Made by a program: the position numbers and the translations under genes. The notes beneath the pieces were generated by a model. The model did not search any database and was not told the origin of the DNA. It saw only the letters and a list, made by a program, of their open reading frames with translations. Below are positions 9,916-19,083 of a stretch of DNA of 64,000 nt, one piece after another (the stretch's first letter is position 1; each line of letters opens with the position of its first letter). Source of the stretch: Chitinophagaceae bacterium (GTDB lineage Bacteria; Bacteroidota; Bacteroidia; Chitinophagales; Chitinophagaceae); contig DAIUCL010000001.1 of NCBI GenBank assembly GCA_036846185.1, positions 2,611 through 66,610 of the forward strand, read 5' to 3'.

Positions 9916-11073
9916 ATGAAAAGAGATTTTTATGAAATATTAGGTGTATCCAAAAATGCATCTGCCGACGAAATCAAGAAGGCGTATCGTAAGGTAGCCA
10001 TGCAATTTCACCCCGATCGTAATCCAGGCAACAAAGAAGCCGAAGAAAAATTCAAAGAAGCTGCTGAAGCCTACGAAGTACTTAGCGATGCACAGAAAAA
10101 ACAACGCTACGACCAATACGGACATGCCGGACTGGGAGGCGCAGCAGGTGGCGGAGGCTTTGGCGGTGGCGGTATGCGTATGGAAGATATCTTCCAAAAC
10201 TTTGGTGATGTATTTGGTGATGATATGTTTGGCAGCTTTTTTGGCGGTCAGCAGCGTAGCAGCCGAAGCAGAGGTACAGGTGCTCGCGGCTCCAATCTGA
10301 GAGTAAAAGTTAAGCTTAGCTTCGAAGACATCCTAAAGGGGGTAAACAAAACTATCAAAGTCAAAAAATATGTTCGCTGTGATACCTGTAGCGGAAGCGG
10401 TGCCAAGGACAAATCTTCTATACAAACCTGTGGCTCGTGCTCCGGCAGCGGTCAAGTAAGACGTGTTACCAATACCTTTTTGGGTCAGATGCAGACAGTG
10501 ACCACCTGCCCTACCTGCAATGGCGATGGTACGCAGATAGCCAACAAATGCAATAGTTGCAAAGGCGAAGGCCGAGTATATGGCGAAGATACCATCTCGA
10601 TCGATATACCTGCCGGTGTGCAAGAGGGTATGCAGCTCAATGTGCAAGGCAAAGGCAATATCGGCGAACGCAATGGCAGCCCCGGCGATTTGCTGGTAGT
10701 AATCGAAGAAGAAAAACATGCTGAGCTTATCCGCGAGGGGCTCAATGTGCTATATGAATTACATATTACCTTTCCGGATGCCGTGATGGGCATGGAAGTG
10801 GAAGTACCTACTATAGGAGGCAAAGCCAAAATAAAAATTCCGGCAGGAACCCAAGGCGGCAAGATTCTTCGCCTGAAAGGCAAGGGCTTTCCGAGTGTAA
10901 ACAGCTACGAAAAGGGCGACCAACTCATCAATGTGAATGTATGGACACCTCAGCAAGTAAGCAATGAAGAAAAAGCGATTCTGGAAAAACTCAAAAATTC
11001 TCCGAATTTCAAACCCAATGCCAGCAAGTCGGACAAGAGTTTTTTTGATAAGATACGCGAAGCATTCTCGTAA
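9916..11073 (+). CDS. dnaJ: Molecular chaperone DnaJ
   Basis: J domain with an HPD motif (FHPDRNPG) and a Gly/Phe-rich linker. Four CxxCxGxG zinc-finger repeats are present ([32 protein letters not shown]). Confidence 0.97.
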   Translation: MKRDFYEILGVSKNASADEIKKAYRKVAMQFHPDRNPGNKEAEEKFKEAAEAYEVLSDAQKKQRYDQYGHAGLGGAAGGGGFGGGGMRMEDIFQNFGDVFGDDMFGSFFGGQQRSSRSRGTGARGSNLRVKVKLSFEDILKGVNKTIKVKKYVRCDTCSGSGAKDKSSIQTCGSCSGSGQVRRVTNTFLGQMQTVTTCPTCNGDGTQIANKCNSCKGEGRVYGEDTISIDIPAGVQEGMQLNVQGKGNIGERNGSPGDLLVVIEEEKHAELIREGLNVLYELHITFPDAVMGMEVEVPTIGGKAKIKIPAGTQGGKILRLKGKGFPSVNSYEKGDQLINVNVWTPQQVSNEEKAILEKLKNSPNFKPNASKSDKSFFDKIREAFS

Positions 11074-11091
11074 GAGTCTGATGCTAAATGA

Positions 11092-11209
11092 TTCAGACCC
11101 CGAAGCTTAGCCCTGATGGTAGTGGATATCCTCTTGCACCCTCGGGGGGCAAGAGATAGAAACGGACAGCAGGACGGTCGCTCAATAATGTCTCCGAGCT
11201 TGAGCTCCC
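11092..11209 (-). repeat. Family A repeat, copy A10 (divergent subfamily)
   Basis: The plus strand reads CTTAGCCCTGATGGTAGTGGATATCCTCTTGCACCCTCGGGGGGCAAGAGATAG...GAGCTCCC. Hairpin arms are complementary. Lies in the convergent gap after dnaJ. Confidence 0.7.
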
Positions 11210-11354
11210 AATTGCAACAACTACTACAAGTACATTTGTTTTGAAATCAAAGTCCGATTTTGTAGCATAAATCATAATAATCATGTTACAAACCCTAAAG
11301 CCAAATTATGCAGAAGAAATTCTATTCCGGCTTGAAACGACTACAAAATCCGGG

Positions 11355-11936
11355 TTAAAGTTCTAATCCCATTCGGATGATCAGCATTTGCGAAAGTATT
11401 TGGTAATGAGTTTTGCTGGGTTGCCCTATTTGATTTGTTGTCATCCAATCGAAGCTTGCCCTACTCATATTGTATGCGATATCTACCGTGTAGAACACCT
11501 CTCTGCCCAGACGACCTTTAGCACCTGCGCCTATATTGCTATAATATCCGGCATAACCTTTATTACCCGTGTTATTATCCCATTCGGATGATCGCAGGTA
11601 GGTAGGATTGAGTCCGAGATCTGCCAATATAAAGAGTGATCGCTTGTTGCCCATATAGTAACGGCCATCCAGATAGAGAGGAATGGAACGGTAACGTGTA
11701 GTGAGAAAAAATAAATTGTTGTAAGGATTGACAAAATTGAAGCTGAAGCCTATACCAGCAAAAAATCTATTTTGGTAACGCACGCCATTGATAAAATTCA
11801 CACCGGGAAAGGTGCTAATATCAGTATTGGACAAGGAAAAGTGTTGCATGCCTCCATATTGGAATTTTGCACTTTGTGCATGCAGAGTGGTATGTGTCAC
11901 AAACAGCATCACTATCCAGCATATGATTCTGTTCAT
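11355..11936 (-). CDS. Putative outer-membrane beta-barrel protein
   Basis: 193 aa. Signal peptide MNRIICWIVMLFVTHTTLHAQ, followed by Gly/aromatic-rich alternating segments typical of small porin-like barrels. No specific family named. Confidence 0.6.
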   Translation of the reverse strand: MNRIICWIVMLFVTHTTLHAQSAKFQYGGMQHFSLSNTDISTFPGVNFINGVRYQNRFFAGIGFSFNFVNPYNNLFFLTTRYRSIPLYLDGRYYMGNKRSLFILADLGLNPTYLRSSEWDNNTGNKGYAGYYSNIGAGAKGRLGREVFYTVDIAYNMSRASFDWMTTNQIGQPSKTHYQILSQMLIIRMGLEL

Positions 11937-11937
11937 A

Positions 11938-13167
11938 CTATTGAATACTTAGAATACCTGTTTCTGTAATGACAAAATCGGGGGTATATTTATAAAACAG
12001 TAAAGATTTGTTGGTAATAGCTATAGCATAACCTTGAGAAGCTATAATATCGACCGCATTTCCCACGTCGAGTGTCTTTTTCAATTTGATATCCATAGGA
12101 TTTTGGGCATCAAATACTTTGATACCTTTGGCGCCATCACAGACAAAGAGCATGTGATTATCTTTACTAAGTCCGTGCGGATTATGAAGTGGGTAGGTTT
12201 TGAGCAGGGAGGGGCTTAGTGGATTCGTGATATCGAGTACATCCAATTGATTGGTAAACCCATTGCAGGCAGTACCACTTCGAAGTGTGACATAGGCATG
12301 CTGGTCGTCGGCGATGACAGGATCACACACATTGGCATGCGTGAATACGCTCATATAAGTAGGCGATGCGGGGCTGGAGAGACTGTAGATATACATGCCG
12401 GTACGAGTGCCTAAAAACAACTTATCCTTGAAAGGGAAGATCGTTTCCACGTTCCAGTTTATATAAGTGCTATGAACCAGTGTAGGGTCTGAAGGTGTTT
12501 TGACATCGAAGCTATAAAGGTTGGAACGGTCTACTGCATAGAGGTATTGGTTGACTAGTGTAAACACGGCCATACTGCTACCTACTGAATTGCTTCCTCC
12601 TGAGGCAGCTGTATTGAGAGCTCCGGTCGTAAACATGTCTTCCATGAAGAATCGTCCATTGCCCATATCGACATAATCCTGAGAAACAGTAGTATCTTTT
12701 TTTATCCAGTCTACTACCACTTTGTTTGAATCGTTCATACCATGTGGGCTCCAACGGCTTAGAAAGATATTTTCTCTTACGGCATGCAACTTCACCTCGT
12801 TGATATTACTGATATCGATTACGAATAGATCGCTGTAGCAGTCGGCATAGAGCATATTGTTTCGGATGGCTACACCTTGATTTCCGGGTATGGGAATAAA
12901 GCCTATCACTTGTGGTTTGCCTGTTTCATCGCGATTCACAATGTGCACCCCTAATTCTCGCTCGTTGATAAAAATATAAGTGTTATATAAGGCAAAATTA
13001 CCCAGATTACTCATCACATGGGGTGCTTGGGTACTGACTGCATCGCGCACCTCCTGACGGGTTTTATGTATGGGGTAATAGAGAGTGTAAGTCTTTTTTA
13101 CTTCTTGCTTGAGACAGCTCGCCAGAAGTACGAAGGTGGCAAGCAGCAATAGGTGCACTTTTTTCAT
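11938..13167 (-). CDS. LVIVD-repeat beta-propeller lipoprotein
   Basis: 409 aa. Lipoprotein signal MKKVHLLLLATFVLLASC and repeated LVIVD-like motifs (LFVIDISN, LDVLDITN, IKVFDAQN). Confidence 0.7.
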   Translation of the reverse strand: MKKVHLLLLATFVLLASCLKQEVKKTYTLYYPIHKTRQEVRDAVSTQAPHVMSNLGNFALYNTYIFINERELGVHIVNRDETGKPQVIGFIPIPGNQGVAIRNNMLYADCYSDLFVIDISNINEVKLHAVRENIFLSRWSPHGMNDSNKVVVDWIKKDTTVSQDYVDMGNGRFFMEDMFTTGALNTAASGGSNSVGSSMAVFTLVNQYLYAVDRSNLYSFDVKTPSDPTLVHSTYINWNVETIFPFKDKLFLGTRTGMYIYSLSSPASPTYMSVFTHANVCDPVIADDQHAYVTLRSGTACNGFTNQLDVLDITNPLSPSLLKTYPLHNPHGLSKDNHMLFVCDGAKGIKVFDAQNPMDIKLKKTLDVGNAVDIIASQGYAIAITNKSLLFYKYTPDFVITETGILSIQ

Positions 13168-13258
13168 AATTTAGGAATATTTTTTTGTTAAACGTAGAGA
13201 TTTTGTTAGTATTGTATAAGACGATAGATATCTCTACTCCGTTTGCACAAAAACCTGA

Positions 13259-14365
13259 TTACTTGGCAAAATTGCTTCCTCCGAGTATTTCAGCCAGTTT
13301 TTGTTCCAAAAAGGCCCCTCGCAAGTCAGTAGCTATAATCTTACCTGTTTTGTCGAGGAGTAAGGTTTTGGGAATAGAGGGCACATGATATAGATCATTG
13401 ACTATGCTATTAAATCCTTTGACATCGGATACATGTATCCAGGGCATAGCGTATTGGTTGAGGGCACTAATCCAGTTGGGACGTTTATCGTCGAGCGATA
13501 CACTGATAATTTCAAAGCCTTTGGCTTTGTAGTTTTCATAGGCTTTTTTTAAGAAAGGTATTTCTGCTTTGCAGGGGCCACACCAGCTTGCCCAGAAGTC
13601 GATGAGAACATATTTGCCACGGAGGGAGGATAAGCTGTAATTTTTTTTGCCGGTGGAGTCGGGCAGGGTAAAATCGGGAGCCATGTAGCCCACTTCAATG
13701 GAGCGAAGCTTGGATACCATTTTGGAAAGTTCTTTTCCATAAAAGCCTTTGAGCGCTGCTCCTTGAAGCATTTTATACATGGTATCAACGGTTTGCACAT
13801 TGACATTTCTGTCATTATTGATAGCACTATAAATCACAAACGCAGCTACTTCGGAAGTATGATGTCGCTGTATGAAACCAAAAAAATTATTTCGGAGTTG
13901 TGTATTGATATTATCCATCACTTGGTTGAGACTATCCGTATTGGCACTAAGAGCTGTATGTGCTTTTTGCACTTGCTGCGCAAACTGTTGTAATGGCTCT
14001 TGAGATTGTATTAATTCTCTGAACTTATCATGCGCAGCAGAGCCTTCCAAGAAGGTCACTATCATATCTTTTTTGAGCAAGGTTATTTTGATAGTTTTGC
14101 CCGGCTCTGCAAAAAACAGTTGATAGCGATTAGCTTCATCTACTAGTATAAATGGAAGACTCTCCTCTATTTCGGTGGAGTAAGAAAACTGACCATCTTT
14201 GATAGTAAGAGTATCAGCTACCGGCTTTGTCAGGTTGCGAATCATGATGAAGCCTTCTTTAACGTCGGAAGTGGTTCCTTGTATAATAGTTTTGCCTTTG
14301 GCGGAAGCTTCTGTGGCACAAAGAGCGATAAAGCAAAGCAAGATTAGATTTTGTAATGCGTACAT
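13259..14365 (-). CDS. TlpA-family thiol:disulfide oxidoreductase with N-terminal DUF4369-like domain
   Basis: 368 aa with a signal peptide. The C-terminal thioredoxin fold carries the WASWCGPC active site. Confidence 0.85.
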   Translation of the reverse strand: MYALQNLILLCFIALCATEASAKGKTIIQGTTSDVKEGFIMIRNLTKPVADTLTIKDGQFSYSTEIEESLPFILVDEANRYQLFFAEPGKTIKITLLKKDMIVTFLEGSAAHDKFRELIQSQEPLQQFAQQVQKAHTALSANTDSLNQVMDNINTQLRNNFFGFIQRHHTSEVAAFVIYSAINNDRNVNVQTVDTMYKMLQGAALKGFYGKELSKMVSKLRSIEVGYMAPDFTLPDSTGKKNYSLSSLRGKYVLIDFWASWCGPCKAEIPFLKKAYENYKAKGFEIISVSLDDKRPNWISALNQYAMPWIHVSDVKGFNSIVNDLYHVPSIPKTLLLDKTGKIIATDLRGAFLEQKLAEILGGSNFAK

Positions 14366-14388
14366 ACTGCGAATTTAGTAAGAAATAC

Positions 14389-15486
14389 TTACTTATTGGC
14401 AAACACTTGTTCCAAGGTTTGCAATAGCTTTTCTCCTCGAAGATCTTTAGCGATAATATTACCGTCGGCATCCACCAGTACATTGGCGGGGATTGACTGA
14501 ATGTTGTATAGTGCTGCAGCTTCTGACTCCCAACCTTTGAGGTCGCTCAGATGAGTCCAGGTAAGGCCATCTTTTTTGATTGCTTCTTTCCATTTGGAGT
14601 CACTTTCGTCGAGCGAAACGCCTATGATTTCGAGCCCTTTGGGATGGTACTGCTTATATGCTGCCACTACCACAGGATTTTCCGCTCTGCAAGGGCCACA
14701 CCAGCTTGCCCAAAAATCAACTAGAACTACTTTGCCTTTGTAGGAACTCAAACTGATCAGTTCTCCCTTATCATTGGGCAAGGTAAATTCTGGCGCTTTT
14801 TCACCGATAGAAGTACCTTTCATCATGTCGAGCATTTCTTTAATCTTTTTGCCGAAGTAGTTTTCCTGGGTTTTTTTGTCAAATCGGTCATACATCTCTT
14901 TTGCTTCTTTGTAATTTTTGGTAGCCGACTCGTTGAGATAATTGATTGCGATAAATGATACAGCCAATCCGGAGGTATGAGTATTCAAAAATTCTTTTTG
15001 TATTGTTTTTAGTTGGTCATCATATTCAAAGAATGCTTCCTGCAACTGAAACATCAGTGCTGTATCCTGACCCTCTTGCATGGACATGGCCAGCTTACCT
15101 AGCGAATCCATTTTGCCAAATACAGGACGACAAGCTTGTATAAAATCGTTGTACACTTTTTGCTCTTTGCCTCCTTCAACCTGCAAGCTGCCTGACTGAT
15201 TCACTTCATAGGTCAATGTATTGGTACCTGGCTCCATGATAAAAAAGCCTGGCTGCTGATCAGGGCCAAAATTAATCATGTAGACAGTCGGTTCTGCAAG
15301 TGTAGTTTTGAAAATGAATTTACCGTCTTTCAAAGCAAGAGTATCCACTTTCACTTCATCGCCGGAGCGGATAAGGTATACATCACCGGTACTCATACCG
15401 CTTACTGTGCCATTGAGAGTAGCTTCATTAGAATTGCAAGATATCAGATATACACTTACAAGAAATAATAAGGAAATAAAACGCAT
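14389..15486 (-). CDS. TlpA-family thiol:disulfide oxidoreductase (tandem paralog)
   Basis: ORF 14389-15510. The start at 15486 (MRFISLLFLVSVYLISC lipobox) is favoured because a CAAATGTA -7 box lies at 15508-15515. WASWCGPC active site present. Confidence 0.85.
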   Translation of the reverse strand: MRFISLLFLVSVYLISCNSNEATLNGTVSGMSTGDVYLIRSGDEVKVDTLALKDGKFIFKTTLAEPTVYMINFGPDQQPGFFIMEPGTNTLTYEVNQSGSLQVEGGKEQKVYNDFIQACRPVFGKMDSLGKLAMSMQEGQDTALMFQLQEAFFEYDDQLKTIQKEFLNTHTSGLAVSFIAINYLNESATKNYKEAKEMYDRFDKKTQENYFGKKIKEMLDMMKGTSIGEKAPEFTLPNDKGELISLSSYKGKVVLVDFWASWCGPCRAENPVVVAAYKQYHPKGLEIIGVSLDESDSKWKEAIKKDGLTWTHLSDLKGWESEAAALYNIQSIPANVLVDADGNIIAKDLRGEKLLQTLEQVFANK

Positions 15487-15584
15487 GTTTTGTAATAATT
15501 TAATTGGCAAATGTAGTCAAAAATAAAAAGCATATACTGTTATAGTTTTCCCATTTCAGAAGAATGCTACATGTGTATACTACA

Positions 15585-16133
15585 CTAGCTTTTCAACAAG
15601 GGTACAATATCTCGCTGATACGATACGATAGCTTCTTGCACAATATCCATTGCTTTCGATTTGTCATAAAACTCTTCTACATCCACTTGTTTATTTTCAA
15701 GCTCTTTGTATCGCATAAAAAAATGCTTGAGCTCTACCGTAAAATGAGGCGGCAACTCATCTATATTCTGAATATGATTTACACTCATATCGTCGGCACA
15801 CACTGCTATGATTTTATCATCTTCGCCATGATCAAACATCCGCATCACGCCTATCACATTGGCTCTCACGATACATAAGGGTTCGATATCTATTTGAGAC
15901 AGAACCAATATATCTAGAGGATCGCCATCGCCGGCAAATGTCTGAGGAATAAAACCATAATTGCTTGGGTAATAAAAAGCAGTATGCAATACCCTATCGA
16001 GTTGCAATAAACCCGTCTTTTTATCGATTTCGTACTTTGCTTTGCTACCCCTGGTAATTTCGATAATGGCATTGACCGTGCGAGGCACATTCGAATCGCC
16101 GACCGGCACATCATGCCATGGATGATACTGCAT
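15585..16133 (-). CDS. ppa: Inorganic pyrophosphatase (family I)
   Basis: 182 aa. Contains EI.RGS.AKYE, YP.NYGFIP.T...DGDPLD.LVL and DDK... blocks. Confidence 0.93.
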   Translation of the reverse strand: MQYHPWHDVPVGDSNVPRTVNAIIEITRGSKAKYEIDKKTGLLQLDRVLHTAFYYPSNYGFIPQTFAGDGDPLDILVLSQIDIEPLCIVRANVIGVMRMFDHGEDDKIIAVCADDMSVNHIQNIDELPPHFTVELKHFFMRYKELENKQVDVEEFYDKSKAMDIVQEAIVSYQRDIVPLLKS

Positions 16134-16140
16134 AATAATT

Positions 16141-16148
16141 TAAGTTTG
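16141..16148 (+). promoter_or_regulatory. Bacteroidota -7 box upstream of lysA
   Basis: TAAGTTTG lies in the 58-bp ppa/lysA divergent gap. Confidence 0.45.
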
Positions 16149-16191
16149 AGTAAAGATATGCAGACTAAAAAATCTATTACCTTTGAACGCT

Positions 16192-17394
16192 ATGAATGAC
16201 GAATTATTAGCACAAGCCGCACTCCAATTTGGCACACCATTGTACGTGTATGACAGACATCAGATTGAAGAACAATACCAAAAACTAACTCACGCTTTTG
16301 TCAACACGCAAACCCGATTTTTTTATGCTTGCAAAGCCCTCAGTAATATCAATATTTTAAAAATCATACAGCAACTAGGCGCCGGACTAGATACCGTATC
16401 GATCAATGAAGTACAACTCGGACTCCAAGCAGGCTTTACACCAGACAAGATTCTTTACACACCCAACTGTGTCGACTTTGCAGAGCTCGATATGGCCAAA
16501 CAATTGGGAGTGCACATCAATATTGACAACATTTCCATCCTTGAGCAGTTTGGCAATAAATACGCCGGCTCCTACCCTATCATGATACGCCTCAATCCTC
16601 ATATCATGGCAGGTGGCAATATCAAAATATCAACGGGACACATCGATTCAAAATTTGGCATCTCCATCCACCAGCTCAGGCATATAGAGCGTATCGTAAA
16701 AACGACAGGCCTGCACGTAGAGGGGCTTCACATGCACACCGGTAGCGAAATCAAAGATATCAATGTCTTTTTGCAAGGACTCGAAGTGATGCTGGATGTA
16801 GCCACTCATTTTCCCCATATCAAGTATCTCGACCTGGGCAGCGGCTTCAAAGTACCCTACGCCCCCGGCGACAAAGCCACCGATGTAGACCTACTATCCG
16901 TACGACTGGCCGAAGTACTCGATACCTACCAGAAAGAGACAGGCAAACTACTCGAAATATGGTTCGAACCCGGCAAATACCTGGTCAGCGAAGCGGGCTA
17001 TTTCTTGGCCAGCGTCAATGTGATCAAACAGACTCCCGCTACCGTCTTTGCGGGTATCAATACCGGATTCAACCACCTGATTCGCCCTATGTTCTATGAG
17101 GCTTATCACCGTATACAAAACATTTCCAACCCTCAAGGCACCGAACGCATCTACACCGTAGTAGGCAACCTCTGCGAAACCGACACTTTCTGCTGGGACA
17201 GAGTCCTCACCGAAATCCGCGAAGGTGATACCCTCTGCTTCTACAATGCCGGTGCCTATGGATTCGAAATGTCGTCCTCCTTCAACTCTCGCTGCCGCCC
17301 GGCCGAAGTCCTACACCAGCAGGGTGAACTCAGCCTGATACGCCGCCGCGAAACCTTGGAAGATATCCTCTCACACCAAATAATCGTTGTATAA
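16192..17394 (+). CDS. lysA: Diaminopimelate decarboxylase
   Basis: ORF from TTG at 16183, with the first ATG at 16192. Contains TPLYVYD, the FFYACKA PLP-Lys region, HMHTGS, EPGKYLV and a CE.D block. Confidence 0.92.
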   Translation: MNDELLAQAALQFGTPLYVYDRHQIEEQYQKLTHAFVNTQTRFFYACKALSNINILKIIQQLGAGLDTVSINEVQLGLQAGFTPDKILYTPNCVDFAELDMAKQLGVHINIDNISILEQFGNKYAGSYPIMIRLNPHIMAGGNIKISTGHIDSKFGISIHQLRHIERIVKTTGLHVEGLHMHTGSEIKDINVFLQGLEVMLDVATHFPHIKYLDLGSGFKVPYAPGDKATDVDLLSVRLAEVLDTYQKETGKLLEIWFEPGKYLVSEAGYFLASVNVIKQTPATVFAGINTGFNHLIRPMFYEAYHRIQNISNPQGTERIYTVVGNLCETDTFCWDRVLTEIREGDTLCFYNAGAYGFEMSSSFNSRCRPAEVLHQQGELSLIRRRETLEDILSHQIIVV

Positions 17395-17409
17395 AAAGTA
17401 AAAGATAGA

Positions 17410-17537
17410 GGAGCTCATCGTTCGTCACACTACTCTGCTACTTCGAGCTCTACGCTTGTATCTCTGCCACATTGAAGGGTGGCAGAGGATACCGCTGCGA
17501 TCTCGGCTAGTTTTCATCGACATCTACTTTCATCATC
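17410..17537 (+). repeat. Family A repeat, copy A3
   Basis: Reads GGAGCTCATCG...CGAGCTCTACGCTTGTATCTCTGCCAC-ATTGAAG-GGTGGCAGAGGATACCGCTGCGATCTCGGCTAGTTTTCATCGACATCTACTTTCATCATC. Confidence 0.9.
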
Positions 17538-17584
17538 TTTTCACGTACGGCGAACAAACCTACTTATTCCTTACATACTCGTAC

Positions 17585-17870
17585 TGACCGCCGAAGTATC
17601 ATACCCCCGCCGAAAGGCTGCCGTGCCCGAAAGGCGCCGAGGCACGAGGCGGTCGTTCTGCCGTAGCGACCGAAAGCAAAAACCCACCCATTCGCCTCCA
17701 TTCGCTACGGCATAGCGACGTAACCCTGAAGGGGACGGGACCCTGCTCAACAATGAACCAAGGAGGATAGCCCCAAGACAAAATAAAACTTACCCAAAAG
17801 ACTAAACAGTGCGCTATGGCTGCCAGGCCATACACAATTCTCTTGCTGCGCTAGTCCTTATGCATAGAAT
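17585..17870. repeat. Patchwork of degenerate family-B-like GC-rich segments
   Basis: Contains GCCGAAAGGC and CCGAGGCACGAGGCGG (compare the B apex GGCGGAGGCACGGAGCC). It also has GTAGCGACCGAAAGCAAAAACCCACCC (compare the B 3' end GCAGCGGAAAGCGTGTCTGCCGCCC). GGGGACGGGACCC and TTGCTGCGCTAGTCCTTA (compare TTGCGTTACTAGTCCTC of B4) are present too. An 11-bp perfect inverted repeat, TGCCGTAGCGA / TCGCTACGGCA, is also here. Confidence 0.55.
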
Positions 17871-17874
17871 AACC

Positions 17875-17882
17875 TATATTTG
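17875..17882 (+). promoter_or_regulatory. Bacteroidota -7 box upstream of the PaaE-like gene
   Basis: TATATTTG lies 20 nt before the ATG at 17903. Confidence 0.5.
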
Positions 17883-17902
17883 TCGTTTGATATAAAGCAA
17901 CG

Positions 17903-18988
17903 ATGGCATCACCCCAATTCTACCCACTTCGAGTAAAAGAAATTCGCAAAGAAACCAACACCTGCGTCTCAATAGCTCTCGAAATACCTCAAGAACTCAA
18001 AGAGCAATTTCAGTACCAGGCAGGTCAATACATTACCTTCAAAAAAGTGATCAATGGCGAAGAAATCCGACGTTCTTACTCACTCTGTAGCGCTCCCGGC
18101 CACGATGATTTCAGGGTAGCCGTAAAGCAAGTACACGATGGGCGCTTTTCTACCTTTGCCAACAATCAATTGCAAGTGGGTGAAACCATCGATACGATGA
18201 TACCCTTGGGCAATTTTACAGTTTTGCTTCATCCTGAGCATAATAAACATTATATGGCTTTGACTGCTGGTAGTGGTATCACTCCTGTAATGAGCCTACT
18301 CAAAACAATATTGAAGGAAGAGCCCAATAGCAAATTCACACTAGTATACGGTAATCAAAATTTCCATTCTATCATTTTCAGAGAAGAAATTGAAGCGCTC
18401 AAAAACAAGTACATGGGACGCTTGCAAGTGATCCACGTATTAAGCAGAGAGCGCACCGAATCAGATCTCAATTATGGGCGTATCAATGCCGAAAAATGCA
18501 AACTTCTCTTTCAACATCTGGTAGACATCCAAACTATCGATCAATTTTTTATCTGCGGTCCTGAAGAAATGATCATGGATGTAAAAAATTATCTAACCAA
18601 TGCATCTGTCGAAAATAGCAAAATCCGTTTTGAACTATTCACCAGCGAAAGCGGCAACAAAGCGAAGCAAGCTTATGCCGAAGCCAGTAAAGCGGATAGT
18701 AGCAAAATGAGTGTGGTGACGATCAAAGTCGATGACCGTAGTATGGAAATCCCTTTAGCCTTCGGGGGAGCTACCATACTGGATGCGGCTTTACAACATG
18801 GCGCCGACTTGCCCTATGCCTGCAAAGGAGGAGTATGCTGTACTTGCCGTGCCAAAGTGGTGGAAGGTACTGTGGCTATGGAGGTCAACTATGCCCTTGA
18901 GCCCGATGAAGTAGCCAACGGCTTTGTACTTACCTGCCAAGCTCATCCTACCAGCGAACGAGTAGTGATCGACTTTGATGCTCGCTAA
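17903..18988 (+). CDS. Ferredoxin-NAD(P)+ reductase fused to plant-type 2Fe-2S ferredoxin (PaaE/PaaK-like)
   Basis: 361 aa. Has an FAD-binding RSYSL motif, a GSGITP NAD-binding motif and the C-terminal CKGGVCCTC...C 2Fe-2S cysteines. No other paa genes are nearby. Confidence 0.85.
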   Translation: MASPQFYPLRVKEIRKETNTCVSIALEIPQELKEQFQYQAGQYITFKKVINGEEIRRSYSLCSAPGHDDFRVAVKQVHDGRFSTFANNQLQVGETIDTMIPLGNFTVLLHPEHNKHYMALTAGSGITPVMSLLKTILKEEPNSKFTLVYGNQNFHSIIFREEIEALKNKYMGRLQVIHVLSRERTESDLNYGRINAEKCKLLFQHLVDIQTIDQFFICGPEEMIMDVKNYLTNASVENSKIRFELFTSESGNKAKQAYAEASKADSSKMSVVTIKVDDRSMEIPLAFGGATILDAALQHGADLPYACKGGVCCTCRAKVVEGTVAMEVNYALEPDEVANGFVLTCQAHPTSERVVIDFDAR

Positions 18989-19083
18989 CGTCTTTTATTG
19001 AGTCTCCCTAAAATACAATAGGAGCCCAAGTATACGCCCTACAAATTTGCCTAATAACCCTTAATGAATTTTGGCTCGTAGCA

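Noticed and set aside
10333-10883. Antisense ORFs inside dnaJ (128 and 132 aa).
   Set aside because: They are typical shadow ORFs opposite a GC-richer, Gly-rich coding region. dnaJ on the plus strand is unambiguous.
17461-17495. Flip/flop inversion of the family A hairpin loop between the 17.4-kb copy (ATTGAAGG) and the 60.1-kb copy (CTTCAAGG).
   Set aside because: Aligned in the same orientation, the two loops differ at only two positions. TTGAA and TTCAA are reverse complements of each other, so a single central G/C substitution gives the same appearance. Simple substitution is the more economical explanation.
17479-17835. Track ORFs 17479-17715(+), 17571-17753(-) and 17599-17835(-) in the lysA downstream gap.
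   Set aside because: They lie wholly inside repeat DNA and overlap each other in different frames. Their Arg/Pro/Ser-rich composition is what GC-rich non-coding sequence produces.
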